Below are positions 50,269 through 59,857 of a stretch of DNA of 64,000 nt, piece after piece. Every line of letters begins with the position of its first letter. The first letter of the stretch is position 1. Where the stretch lies: contig JBEKBM010000004.1 of the NCBI GenBank assembly GCA_050015395.1, forward strand, positions 32,001 through 96,000. Reading direction: 5' to 3'. This DNA is from Candidatus Bathyarchaeia archaeon (GTDB lineage: Archaea; Thermoproteota; Bathyarchaeia; Bathyarchaeales; Bathycorpusculaceae). Position numbers and translations under genes: made by a program. Below the pieces are notes generated by a model, which was given only the letters and a program-made list of their open reading frames with translations, was not told where the DNA came from and ran no database searches.

Positions 50269-50889
50269 TTAGGCATAGTTTGCAGAAACATCTGTAGACG
50301 GTTGTCTTTTTGAAGTACATGGTGGACAGATTTTTCGGTAACAACAGTTCAGGCAACGGTTATCATGTCTGGACGGAGGGATGAGACCTGAACTTAAAAC
50401 ATCACGTGTTTTCTGAAGTGTCGATAGGGCTAATTGTTTGATATTTTTTGTGATTTTTACTTGGATTTCAATTCGTTTTGTTTTGTCAAAAACAATTATT
50501 GCTCTTTTCGCTTTTTTCCCAAAGTTCTCTTCCGCAAGAATGGCCAGTAATCCCAACTGTGTTTTCATCGTCGGACCTATTACAGCATAATCGGAATACT
50601 TTCGTTCTATGATAAGAATCTCATCAGATGTTTCTATAGCCTCATCGATTTTACCTGAAAACATGTATTCCTTAGAGTAAAGCAGTATCTCCGTCAACTT
50701 TACACCGTTCAATCTTTTGATTTTGTAGCTCTTGTTAGTCGTGGAATGGCGACTATGGAAAGTTCTCCCTGCTAGTACTGTTCCACGTTTTCCTTCTCGC
50801 TGTTCAATTCCAAGAACTAGCTGGAAATAGGTGAATCGGGGACAAAAAGCATGTTCAACCGCGTTTGTAACAGATAGACCACTACTCAA
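50269..50889 (-). CDS. cas4: CRISPR-associated Cas4
   Basis: FCPR, GKIDE, IERK, Q(L), CLNCCYRKIC Fe-S cysteines. Confidence 0.92.
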   Translation of the reverse strand: MSSGLSVTNAVEHAFCPRFTYFQLVLGIEQREGKRGTVLAGRTFHSRHSTTNKSYKIKRLNGVKLTEILLYSKEYMFSGKIDEAIETSDEILIIERKYSDYAVIGPTMKTQLGLLAILAEENFGKKAKRAIIVFDKTKRIEIQVKITKNIKQLALSTLQKTRDVLSSGLIPPSRHDNRCLNCCYRKICPPCTSKRQPSTDVSANYA

Positions 50890-51182
50890 AGTACCATACT
50901 CTCCAGATTATTCGAGACGTACTCTTTATCGAATCCTTGACCGATAATGGTGACTCTGCCAAAGCATTTCTGGCAAGCAAAAATCAAGTATATAGACTCA
51001 TCTTCCCCAGCAATACGCTTAAGCTTCTCCACCAAATCCTTCTTCTGCTGAGATGAAAGAGAACCGCAAAAAACACTTTTCTGTATTCTAACGAAGCCTA
51101 TATCTTTGAGCGCTTGGACTATGCGTGAGCGGGTCTTGTCATCAGATATGTCATATACAGCATAGTACATGTTTTTCTTCAA
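50886..51182 (-). CDS. cas2: CRISPR-associated Cas2
   Basis: VYDISDDKTR, RIQKSVF. Confidence 0.95.
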   Translation of the reverse strand: MKKNMYYAVYDISDDKTRSRIVQALKDIGFVRIQKSVFCGSLSSQQKKDLVEKLKRIAGEDESIYLIFACQKCFGRVTIIGQGFDKEYVSNNLESMVL

Positions 51183-51185
51183 GAA

Positions 51186-52145
51186 TCAACCTTCTTCCAT
51201 CAATTTAGCTATCATTTTTCGGCAGTAAACCCAGCCTTCTCGCTCTATTGATTTTGATACATCTGTCATGTATCCATCAATTACAGCTTTTCGCCCTTCC
51301 TTAGAGAGGAAAACTCCAGACGCGGGCTCACCTTGCTGCGGAACTGTAAACCAAGAATCCCCGACCATTCTTTTAGTGAACAATTTTATCGCCAAACGAT
51401 CAACTTTAGCCCTAAACAGCTCAATCACGTCAAAGACCAAAGTTGGCTTACCATACGCATCTGCATGGTAAATTCCAGCATTCGGATCTAACCCACTCAA
51501 AATAACCACCTTTTCCAAACTTGAATAAGTCAACCCATAAGCATAATTCAGAACTGCATTAAATTTGTCCTCAGCAGGTTGCCGACTTCTCTCCCTAAAC
51601 GCATATTTTTTAGGCAATATCGCCGAAATCGCCGAGAAATATTCTGAAGCCGCAAAACCTTCGATGCCTAAAAGGGACTGCTTGAAAGAGAGCGCATACT
51701 CAAGTGATTTCAAGCTCGCCAATGACCTATTAATGCTTTCAATGGCTTTTTGTACTTTTTCGCTTGGAGTTTTTCTATTATTTTTTAGATCGACTAGTAG
51801 CTTTTTTTGTTCACGAAGTTTCCGAGATACTATCTCCTTAGATAGCTCGAATGCTAGAGCAGACTCTTGATGAAGGTACTGTTTTCGCCTAACCTCTGTC
51901 GCCCTCCCAGGTGTGCTCATCCAAAACCTTCCAAACGGTTTACCTGACCAATTTGCCAAGACCAGCTGGATACCTTTTTCTAAACAGAGAGCCACCGCCT
52001 GAGTGCTAACCAGAGCGTTGGCAGTGATCATTATGGCGTCAACTTTTTCTGCAGGTATCTCTATCTTGTCACTTGGCGTTTGAATCAGGAAACAATCATG
52101 ATTTCTCTTCAACACACTCCCATGTTCACTTATCTCAACTATCAT
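51186..52145 (-). CDS. cas1: CRISPR-associated Cas1
   Basis: LGIEG..A..YF, R..QPAEDKFNAVLNYAY, GLDPNAGIYH, LVFDVIELFR. Confidence 0.95.
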   Translation of the reverse strand: MIVEISEHGSVLKRNHDCFLIQTPSDKIEIPAEKVDAIMITANALVSTQAVALCLEKGIQLVLANWSGKPFGRFWMSTPGRATEVRRKQYLHQESALAFELSKEIVSRKLREQKKLLVDLKNNRKTPSEKVQKAIESINRSLASLKSLEYALSFKQSLLGIEGFAASEYFSAISAILPKKYAFRERSRQPAEDKFNAVLNYAYGLTYSSLEKVVILSGLDPNAGIYHADAYGKPTLVFDVIELFRAKVDRLAIKLFTKRMVGDSWFTVPQQGEPASGVFLSKEGRKAVIDGYMTDVSKSIEREGWVYCRKMIAKLMEEG

Positions 52146-52825
52146 GCCACTCGCCTTATCGTACCAAACCCTTTCGAAACACTCTTTCCCAACCCTATAA
52201 AATCTGGAAGATCAACATTCAAACAGAAACGGGCAACGAAAGCCTCGAACGGATTACCATGGGCTTTTACACATAACGGCCTAAACATGGTGATTTGAGA
52301 ATTAATGTGGTAGGTTACGAAAATGCCCAAACCTTTAAGGCAACTTAACGTATTTCCCACCAGTATTTTCTCTAAGAACCCTTTTTGCTGCTCTTTATCC
52401 ATAACCGTAAATGTAGCATAATTTTTCTCATTTAACGGAATCCAAGGCGTTACGAACTCGTAGAAACAGGTCCTGCTACAGACAGGCCAAGTTTGCAGTT
52501 CAATCTCTTTACTATTAACCTCAAAAGTCCCTTGCACGGTTGAGACCGTATCAATTGACGCCAGTTTATTCATCAAGACATTGGCGTAATCCTGAAGACC
52601 TACCACCATCAGTTCGCCATTAACCCGTTTGTACTGGATGAGCGGATAATGATAAGACCGCTCAGAATGATGATGAAACTCGGCGTCATCAACAAAAAGG
52701 TTACCGCAAAAACCCCTCAACTTAACTGATGAAATACAAGAAGCATCATCTACGAAATGCAGTTTCACCCTGCAAATCTTGACTGACTGATCTTTTTTAG
52801 CAACTGAAACATCAGGTTTACTCAC
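52142..52825 (-). CDS. cas6: CRISPR-associated Cas6 (Cas6b-like)
   Basis: KLRGF, HHH..YHYPLIQYK, FVTPWIPLN, GLGKSVSKGFG Gly-rich loop. Confidence 0.92.
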   Translation of the reverse strand: MSKPDVSVAKKDQSVKICRVKLHFVDDASCISSVKLRGFCGNLFVDDAEFHHHSERSYHYPLIQYKRVNGELMVVGLQDYANVLMNKLASIDTVSTVQGTFEVNSKEIELQTWPVCSRTCFYEFVTPWIPLNEKNYATFTVMDKEQQKGFLEKILVGNTLSCLKGLGIFVTYHINSQITMFRPLCVKAHGNPFEAFVARFCLNVDLPDFIGLGKSVSKGFGTIRRVA

Positions 52826-55097
52826 GAGCTTTCACCCATTTATCAAGCCCTATAACCGGATCGTAAACTTTGGAAACACACTCTTTCTTAGGCAAAAGAA
52901 CCCCTATATTAAACAAGTCATCATCAAACTGGTCCATCAATTTTAGCCCTTCAACTGTCCCAGGCAACTCTGCCATAAAACCTGAAAACCGTTTATACAA
53001 CGCACCCTTACTATCAAAAGAACCTGAAGACAAGAACCGCGACTTCACTTCATCCCACTCCGACAAGTCGGGTATAAAAACAGAATCACCCAACTCCACA
53101 GGCAAAACATGACTTTTAATGAAAGCCCAAACATCCTCAAACTCAAGCCGCTTCATACTAGAACTCAACTCGTCAGCCAATTTACTATTAAGTTTGTTAC
53201 TTTCGCTAACTTTGCGGTAATACTCAGGTAAACGCTCATACAAATCAACCGACGAATGCAACTGTGGAATCAACCGTTTAGAAAGGTTCATTTCAAGTTC
53301 ACTATAGGGTCTATAATCATCATCCAAATCAAAAACCGTCAAAACAGGTTCAGCCACCTCACCTTCCCGACTAAGACGCCCCATTGCCTGAACAATATTA
53401 TCTAACGGGGCCACCTCTCGATACATTCGAGTGAAGCTCACATCAACACCAGCCTCCATAACTTGCGTTGAAACAACAGTTGCAGTACCAGAACTATGAA
53501 GATCCTCAACAGCCTTCTTCCTTGCGCACTTCTTAATACCGCTTGATAAGTAAACCACATCAGATTTAAGCCGCGATATATCCTCGTAGAGTTTACAAGC
53601 TTTCCGCCGAGTATTAACCATAAAAAGTACGCGCTCATCACTCCCGAGAACAGGCACCTCCAATGAAACATCAAAACCTGCCTTAAACTCGATCCGTTTA
53701 GAAGTCAACCGCAAATAATTATCCTTCACTTCGTCTGGAGTATTCAACATTGGCAAACCATTAACTTCTTGAGGCACAGTAGCACTAACTAAAAGAATCG
53801 TTGAATTGTACTTGTCAACAAGCACCCTAAACAAAGAGAGAAGATTGGGAAGCAAAAACTTCGGAATCGTCTGAACCTCATCTATAATCAAAAAAGAATT
53901 TTTAAAAGCAAGAAGCTTCTCCTTATCAGCCGGCTCATTCGAATAAAGCACCATCAATAATCTCTGCGTCGTTGAAACAATCAATTCTCTATTAAAAGAC
54001 TCAACTTCAAAATATTCACGGGTTTTCCTAAAACCCGCTTCTTCCTCGTCACTTACCACTCCACTGGTTTTTTTAAGAAGACTCCCAACAAAAGCATGAT
54101 TATATATCAAAACTTTTTCCAAGTCTTTTTGCTTAAGAACAGCTTCAACCTCATTTTTGCCAAAAAGCTTAGCTTCAAAATCTTCAGTAAGCGCTAACAG
54201 TGGAGAAAAATAAAATACTCTTTCAAACACCCTCTTCTGCGAAAGACGGTTAACTATATCAAGAAAAATCTTTGTCTTACCTATTCCTGTAGGCGCCTTC
54301 AAAACCATCAATCTATCCTCAAACTCATTTTGAGAAAGAACTTTTTCTTGAAAAGCCCCCCTAAGAGCAGACAAATAACCACTTTTCACTAAAACGCTTG
54401 TGTCAAAGTTAATATTGAAAGCAGGATTTTTCCAATCAAAAAAACTGCCACGGTCAGCTAGAATAAGCGCCGAATACACCGCGGAAAAATCCAAAAAATC
54501 CATCGGAGCAACCACCTTGTTTTCAGCCTCAAAGCCATCCTCATTTTGGGGTTTACTCAAACGTTTGAATCTCTTAAGACATAAATCCCAATCTAAACCT
54601 CTAAAATCCTCAAGTGCACTAACCTCTTGAATGAACCTCTGCAGGTTAACCCCGACGCCCTCAAAACTTTTATCAAAACGGCGTTTGTCTTTGTTACAAT
54701 ACTCCAAGCTCTTATAAAACTGCGTAAGCTTAGAATGATGACCCGATACAGCAAATAACACCTGCATCCAACCCTGCCGTGTTAAAACCTCATTATTACT
54801 TAACCCGTAAGCGGCTAAAGCCGAAAAAATCGCGTGAGCCCTTACATAATTTCTATCGACTCCAATTTTCACGTTTTCACGACTTGACGGATCACTTGAA
54901 AAAAGTTCTTGATAGTACGGGTTAAGTTTTCCAACATCATGAAGTAAACCCGCATAAAAAGCAGGATCACCAAGACCTATGCTTGAAGCTATTTCCCGCG
55001 CGCCTTTTGCTGTTTTTAAAGAATGAGCGATCAGCCCTGAACCTTCAATCTCTTTAGGACGAGCATAGAAACTGTCAAAAGCAACCAAGCATCTCAA
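52818..55097 (-). CDS. cas3: Cas3 HD nuclease-helicase
   Basis: H, LHDVGK, GHH, LILAD; APTGIGKT, DEVQ, SAT, QAMGRLSR. Confidence 0.95.
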   Translation of the reverse strand: MRCLVAFDSFYARPKEIEGSGLIAHSLKTAKGAREIASSIGLGDPAFYAGLLHDVGKLNPYYQELFSSDPSSRENVKIGVDRNYVRAHAIFSALAAYGLSNNEVLTRQGWMQVLFAVSGHHSKLTQFYKSLEYCNKDKRRFDKSFEGVGVNLQRFIQEVSALEDFRGLDWDLCLKRFKRLSKPQNEDGFEAENKVVAPMDFLDFSAVYSALILADRGSFFDWKNPAFNINFDTSVLVKSGYLSALRGAFQEKVLSQNEFEDRLMVLKAPTGIGKTKIFLDIVNRLSQKRVFERVFYFSPLLALTEDFEAKLFGKNEVEAVLKQKDLEKVLIYNHAFVGSLLKKTSGVVSDEEEAGFRKTREYFEVESFNRELIVSTTQRLLMVLYSNEPADKEKLLAFKNSFLIIDEVQTIPKFLLPNLLSLFRVLVDKYNSTILLVSATVPQEVNGLPMLNTPDEVKDNYLRLTSKRIEFKAGFDVSLEVPVLGSDERVLFMVNTRRKACKLYEDISRLKSDVVYLSSGIKKCARKKAVEDLHSSGTATVVSTQVMEAGVDVSFTRMYREVAPLDNIVQAMGRLSREGEVAEPVLTVFDLDDDYRPYSELEMNLSKRLIPQLHSSVDLYERLPEYYRKVSESNKLNSKLADELSSSMKRLEFEDVWAFIKSHVLPVELGDSVFIPDLSEWDEVKSRFLSSGSFDSKGALYKRFSGFMAELPGTVEGLKLMDQFDDDLFNIGVLLPKKECVSKVYDPVIGLDKWVKARE

Positions 55098-55118
55098 GTC
55101 CCAAGAAAAAAGGGGTTC

Positions 55119-55889
55119 CTAATAGAGACATAAAACTTCCTCAGAATCATCAAAGGCATAAAACCTTGCTAAAGATAACTGCGAATAAAAAGAAGATAAC
55201 CGAACGCAAGAACAGATAGAATTCACAGGAACAGGTATGAAATGACGCAGCACTGTTCTTTTCAGTGAATCACCCTTAAAGTAATGGTGAAGATGTCGCT
55301 CAACAAAAACTCTAGCGGGTAACCCATCCGTTTCATCAAATTTAACCCCTGAATTTCCACCCTTAGACTCCACAACCTCATCTAAAAAGACTGCTGAAAC
55401 AAGTCGGTCGAAAGGCTCAACTTCTTTCACATTATCAATTTTATGAAAACGGGGAATTCTCGCTGGGCAATACGAATGACCCAGAGTTGGCGAAAAAACA
55501 AAGTTGTTACCTTTAAGTCGTTCAAGCAGCACTTGGTTCACCTCATTTGTAGACTTGACAAAAATAGTATAGTGAGGGGCAACCAGAAGCTCTGTCTTGA
55601 AAGGTTTTGTTTTTGCCTCTTTTAGCGAACGATGATTTGTGAAGAAAGTCCACTTCACCGGTTGACTTCTAACTTTGATTCCAATTGCAGTTTTTTTCAG
55701 CAGATCGATATAACTTTCGCAGTAAATATCGTCAAATATCGAGTTGGACCTTCTGATACCTAACAAGGCGCCTATCAAGCCGATTACTGCGCTTTTTGAC
55801 GGTATGACAGTTACAGTTTGGTTTGTGGTAACCGATGGGTCTTTGAAGGCTGCGAAGTCTCCTTCAAGGTCGAAGGAGACAATACTCAA
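55119..55889 (-). CDS. cas5: Cas5 (type I-B-like)
   Basis: FDLEGDFAAFK...IPSKSAVIGLIGALLG; PTLG...CPA. Confidence 0.92.
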   Translation of the reverse strand: MSIVSFDLEGDFAAFKDPSVTTNQTVTVIPSKSAVIGLIGALLGIRRSNSIFDDIYCESYIDLLKKTAIGIKVRSQPVKWTFFTNHRSLKEAKTKPFKTELLVAPHYTIFVKSTNEVNQVLLERLKGNNFVFSPTLGHSYCPARIPRFHKIDNVKEVEPFDRLVSAVFLDEVVESKGGNSGVKFDETDGLPARVFVERHLHHYFKGDSLKRTVLRHFIPVPVNSICSCVRLSSFYSQLSLARFYAFDDSEEVLCLY

Positions 55890-56899
55890 TTGGGCGCTTC
55901 CTCCGTTTTGATCAGTTCAACAGGAATGTTCAACTTTTCAATGCTTTTTATTAACTGCGAAGTATCCTTCAACAACTCTCTGCAGCAAGCTATCCGTATG
56001 TTTTTCACTTTTCCCTTACGAGCCGACAACGCATCGATCAGCTTCTCGAACCGCAATGGAGAACTCGTCAGACTGCTAACTTTTTCTTTAAGTGCAGGGT
56101 CTTCTTCTACCAAAATCGGCAAGTCATTATAGATAGCGGAATCATAAGTCACTTCCAGCAGAAATATGCTCCTTTGAGGAAATTTCGACCGAGTAATTAA
56201 TGCGTTTGTTCCTTCCCAAAGACAGGAAACAAGCTTTTCTTCTGCTTTTTTGAAGCTTGCTAAAACTTCTGTGTCCTCTAAATATTGTCCGAGATTCATT
56301 GGGTTTACTGCGCCATGTATTTTTATTAATGCGTAATCTACAGCGTAAAACTTCCCAAATGTGCTGAATTGTTCCTCTTTCTGCGTGTCACCTTGGGCGT
56401 CAACTTTTTCGCTCTTTCTCTCTTTTCCGACAAACCTGCCAGTAATCATCGGATTCAATATTTGTACTTGGTTGATGCTTCTGCCTATGGCGAATTGGAC
56501 AGGACCCGTTAGCTTCTGAGAGCTGCCCTTGCCCTTATCATTCCTAATTGTAACCAGTCCACCGAATAAGGGTACATCAAACGTTTTACAAGCTAATCCT
56601 TTTATGACGTCATCATTCGATTCATCCTTTAGGATTTCTCTTGCTCTGTCATCGGCGGTAACAGCCTTGCCATCCTTATCGAAATCTACGAAAAGTGTAT
56701 AACCATATTCGTTTTTTGCATAATCCCGAATTGTGCGTTTGATTCTAACGTCTGTGACCATTATTGTTCCATCTGACATCAATCTTGGTTGATTTTCGAA
56801 GCCAGGATCACCATTCGGATTATTCCTCGATTCATAATAGAATAGTACTTCTTTTTTAAGATTTTTTAAACCATTTTCTTTATTTTTTGTCATGTCCAT
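55886..56899 (-). CDS. cas7: Cas7 (Csh2/Csd2 family)
   Basis: NPNGDP..ENQPR, TDVRIKRTIRDY, DVPLFG, TGPVQF, TRSK. Confidence 0.93.
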   Translation of the reverse strand: MDMTKNKENGLKNLKKEVLFYYESRNNPNGDPGFENQPRLMSDGTIMVTDVRIKRTIRDYAKNEYGYTLFVDFDKDGKAVTADDRAREILKDESNDDVIKGLACKTFDVPLFGGLVTIRNDKGKGSSQKLTGPVQFAIGRSINQVQILNPMITGRFVGKERKSEKVDAQGDTQKEEQFSTFGKFYAVDYALIKIHGAVNPMNLGQYLEDTEVLASFKKAEEKLVSCLWEGTNALITRSKFPQRSIFLLEVTYDSAIYNDLPILVEEDPALKEKVSSLTSSPLRFEKLIDALSARKGKVKNIRIACCRELLKDTSQLIKSIEKLNIPVELIKTEEAPN

Positions 56900-56909
56900 T
56901 CACCTTTTG

Positions 56910-58703
56910 TTAGAGATTCTCGAAAACTCCTTTGTAGAAGAAATAAGAGTAATCTTCATGCGCTTTCGCATCGTCGATTTCATCGATCGGTATATCCTTT
57001 TTTATTATTTGTGTAATGCTATCTGATCGGTTGACATCAGCGGCTTTAGAGAGCGAAATGCCCAAGCTCACTCGCGAATAGACAAATCTGAGCTTCTCTC
57101 TGTCATACTTTGAATAGGTCAAAATGTCATTCGTTGAGTTATTCGCTTCTTTGGCGTCTCGCTTAAATTTTACATATTTTCCAGCAATGAGTCCAATTTT
57201 ATACGCATATTCTTCATTTTTGTTCATAACTAATCCCTTTTTTCCATCATGAGTTAATAGCTTCAAACAAAACTGGGCAGTTTCGAAGAATTCCTGTTTC
57301 GTTTTTTTCTCCTTTTCAGCGCCCTTTATCCAATCCCAAAGATAATTTTCCCTTATTATAATTAAATAGTGTTGGAGCAAAACAGCTCGATCAAAAAAGG
57401 TGCCCGTCATGAAACACCTTATGGCCATAAGATAATCTGTCCATATAATGTCGTTTTTTCTTTTTATAATGAGGGATTCTAACGCCTTAGGATGCCATAA
57501 AAAATTATCCTGAGCGCTGCTAAACATTTCCTTCATTTGATCAAAAGTCAGGTTTTCATCAAGAAGCACTTCAAGCTTAGCTTGTGCTGCTTTAACGCAT
57601 ATAATCTTCATATTCGATGCACGGCTGGCAGATACTCCTGGTCGACTGGACAGAAGCTTGTAATTGCTGAGAAGTTGGTCGTATATTCCAGCTCCCTTTT
57701 TTTCAAATTGAAATTCTGGGACATTAATATCAAGAAAATACCAAGTCAAACCCGATATGTCAAATCTGCTATCCGATGGCATATTTATCTTTGGGAAGGA
57801 CTGATTACCTATGCCTAGATTCTGGTAGAAATCTTTGCCCGTTTTACAATTAAGGGTAAACGCTTGGTCGTCAAAGGAAACAAACTTTGCGTTTATAGTA
57901 GTCTTTGAGGGAAAATCTGTTGCAGAAGTCCCAAAAGAATCCTCGAACTCTTGAGTCAAAACGACATCTGCGCGCGCATCACAGCGGTATTCAATTTTCA
58001 ACTCATCCGACACAAGCGAATAAGGCAATACAACTATGCGGAATCGGATATTTCCCCAAAAGTCCTTGAGTTCTTCGCACATTTTTTTCGCTTGCCAGAA
58101 TGATGCAAAGGCGCCGCAAACTTTGAAAAAAAGCTCAGAAGTCAGTGCACCATCAGCATTTACAATCCCGGCTTCGCTATAAATTTCAAAGAGATTTTTA
58201 TCTCGCACAAAGTAGTTCTTCTTATCTAATCTCAAGACTAAAGAATCTGCTTTAGATGCTGATTCCTCTTTGTTATTTTCGCAGTCGAAGAGGTATTCAA
58301 AGGAAGGCTTGTTTGTTTCGTCTTTATTCTTTTCCCCTTGAACAGAGATTTGTAGTTTCCCTTTCCTGTAAACGCCATAAAATTCTACATACGGTTTCTT
58401 AGATGCAGCTCCAGTAGCCCTATTGGGGAGACCAACTGATTCCAAATAATTTAAAGGCATAGAAAGAGTTTTACGGAAAGAATCATTTTGCTTTGGTTCA
58501 TCACCGTAATCCTCTAAAGATTTTGGGTCTAACTGAAGAGTTACGGCACCATCAACTTTAACAAACACTTTTTTTATTGGAACAATTCTCTTTATAGTTT
58601 CGTCTGTGTTTTTCTGATTTTTTAGGAAGAGTTCGTAAGCAAGCATTCGGATTTCTCTGGAAATTAGCTTGGATAGCGTATCTCTTCGAACAGTATTTAA
58701 CAC
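56910..58703 (-). CDS. cas8b: Divergent Cascade large subunit (Cas8b-like) with Cas11-like C-terminal helical domain
   Basis: First gene of the cas operon before cas7; C-terminal AYKIG...YFFYKG as in Cas8b/Cas11; start uncertain. Confidence 0.7.
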   Translation of the reverse strand: MLNTVRRDTLSKLISREIRMLAYELFLKNQKNTDETIKRIVPIKKVFVKVDGAVTLQLDPKSLEDYGDEPKQNDSFRKTLSMPLNYLESVGLPNRATGAASKKPYVEFYGVYRKGKLQISVQGEKNKDETNKPSFEYLFDCENNKEESASKADSLVLRLDKKNYFVRDKNLFEIYSEAGIVNADGALTSELFFKVCGAFASFWQAKKMCEELKDFWGNIRFRIVVLPYSLVSDELKIEYRCDARADVVLTQEFEDSFGTSATDFPSKTTINAKFVSFDDQAFTLNCKTGKDFYQNLGIGNQSFPKINMPSDSRFDISGLTWYFLDINVPEFQFEKKGAGIYDQLLSNYKLLSSRPGVSASRASNMKIICVKAAQAKLEVLLDENLTFDQMKEMFSSAQDNFLWHPKALESLIIKRKNDIIWTDYLMAIRCFMTGTFFDRAVLLQHYLIIIRENYLWDWIKGAEKEKKTKQEFFETAQFCLKLLTHDGKKGLVMNKNEEYAYKIGLIAGKYVKFKRDAKEANNSTNDILTYSKYDREKLRFVYSRVSLGISLSKAADVNRSDSITQIIKKDIPIDEIDDAKAHEDYSYFFYKGVFENL

Positions 58704-58805
58704 TTTCTTAGGCAGATGGGCACCTAGTGCTCTCAGTTTGCAGCGTTTATTACGAAGGATTCTGTAACGATGCGTGGCACAGCAATAAAGTCCATGTTAA
58801 AAGTA

Positions 58806-58966
58806 AGCTTATTCGACATGTAAAACAGCTTAATTCATGTTGAAAGTGCGGGAATTAATTCTATGTTGAACTGTGTTGAATCATAGTTGGCGTCTATTAG
58901 GCTCATCTAGTAGACCGAGGGGGTAGGCTGTGAGAGAGCACACACACAAATACCCTATCTAAGCCG
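58806..58966 (-). repeat. Dispersed non-coding element, copy B, upstream of the cas operon
   Basis: Reverse complement aligns with 27835-27992; iterated (C/T)ATGTTGAA motifs. Confidence 0.85.
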
Positions 58967-58992
58967 TAATCTCCCGCCAAGTTAACAGGACC

Positions 58993-59688
58993 TTATTCGA
59001 GTATTATTCTTGCGTCGACTGTTTTTGCGCCTTTCTGGTAAGCCATCACTGGGTTCAGGTCTAGCTCTTTGATTTCAGGGTTATCCATGACGAGGCGTGA
59101 AGTGGCGATTAGTATGCTTATTAGGGCGTCGATGTCTGCGGGCGGCGTGTTTCTGTAACCCTTCAGAAGCGGATAAGCCTTAAGTTCAGTAATCATTTCC
59201 TTCGCATCATCCGCGGTTATGGGTGCAATCCTGAAGCTTACGTCTTTGAGGATTTCAACAAATATCCCGCCTAAACCGAACATTACTGTTTGTCCAAACT
59301 GGGGGTCTTTGATGGCTCCAACGATGACTTCGGTTGACTGCGGCGCCATTTCCTGCACTAAAACGCCGACGATTTTTGCGTCGGCATAGTATTTTTTAAC
59401 GTTTTCCAAGATTTTTTTGTAGGCGTCGGTGACTTCGGCTGGGTTTTTCAGGTTAACGATGACGCCTCCAGCGTCGGATTTGTGGATTACGTCTGGCGAA
59501 ACAATCTTTAATACAACAGGGTACCCGATTTCGCAGGCGTATTCTGCTGCTTCATTTTCGTTTAATGCCACTTTGAATTTGGTAACTGGAATGCCATAGT
59601 CCACGCAGACGGTTTTGGCTTCAGGTTCAAGAAGCGCTTTTCTGCCTTCTTTTTTCGCTTGGTTAATGATTTTTGAGGTCTGATTCAA
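58993..59688 (-). CDS. acdB: ADP-forming acetate--CoA ligase beta subunit (ATP-grasp)
   Basis: GYPVVLKIVSPDVIHKSDAGGV, DPQFG, FGLGGIFVE, ELDLNP, VDARI. Confidence 0.92.
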   Translation of the reverse strand: MNQTSKIINQAKKEGRKALLEPEAKTVCVDYGIPVTKFKVALNENEAAEYACEIGYPVVLKIVSPDVIHKSDAGGVIVNLKNPAEVTDAYKKILENVKKYYADAKIVGVLVQEMAPQSTEVIVGAIKDPQFGQTVMFGLGGIFVEILKDVSFRIAPITADDAKEMITELKAYPLLKGYRNTPPADIDALISILIATSRLVMDNPEIKELDLNPVMAYQKGAKTVDARIILE

Positions 59689-59857
59689 GTTATTTTACTT
59701 CCATTGACGTTTCTGTGTATGACATGTCTTATTGGTTTAAAATTGTTTTGATAGCCGATGACTTTTGGATGATGATTACTCTTGCTTATTTATTGTCGTT
59801 GTGTTCAACACTTCAACATTAGTATGTATTGAGACGTAATATTTAATAAGCGTTGAC

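Noticed and set aside
48330-50356. ORFs inside the CRISPR array (VSILVLMDHLFG / FNPCFDGSPFW repeats)
   Set aside because: Translations of the repeat; not genes.
58811-58846. CreTA/CreR-like degenerate mini-array upstream of cas8
   Set aside because: Only GTTGAAAG resembles the repeat handle; the rest does not align with the 37-bp repeat, and the motif is shared with the non-CRISPR copy A.
27835-58966. A 31-kb transposon bounded by the inverted elements
   Set aside because: The interval contains essential genes (hisS, cca, mvaA), has no intact transposase, and I saw no target-site duplication.
59700-59770. Fluoride riboswitch-like GCCGATGACTT
   Set aside because: The matching 5' GGCGATGG stem/pseudoknot is absent.
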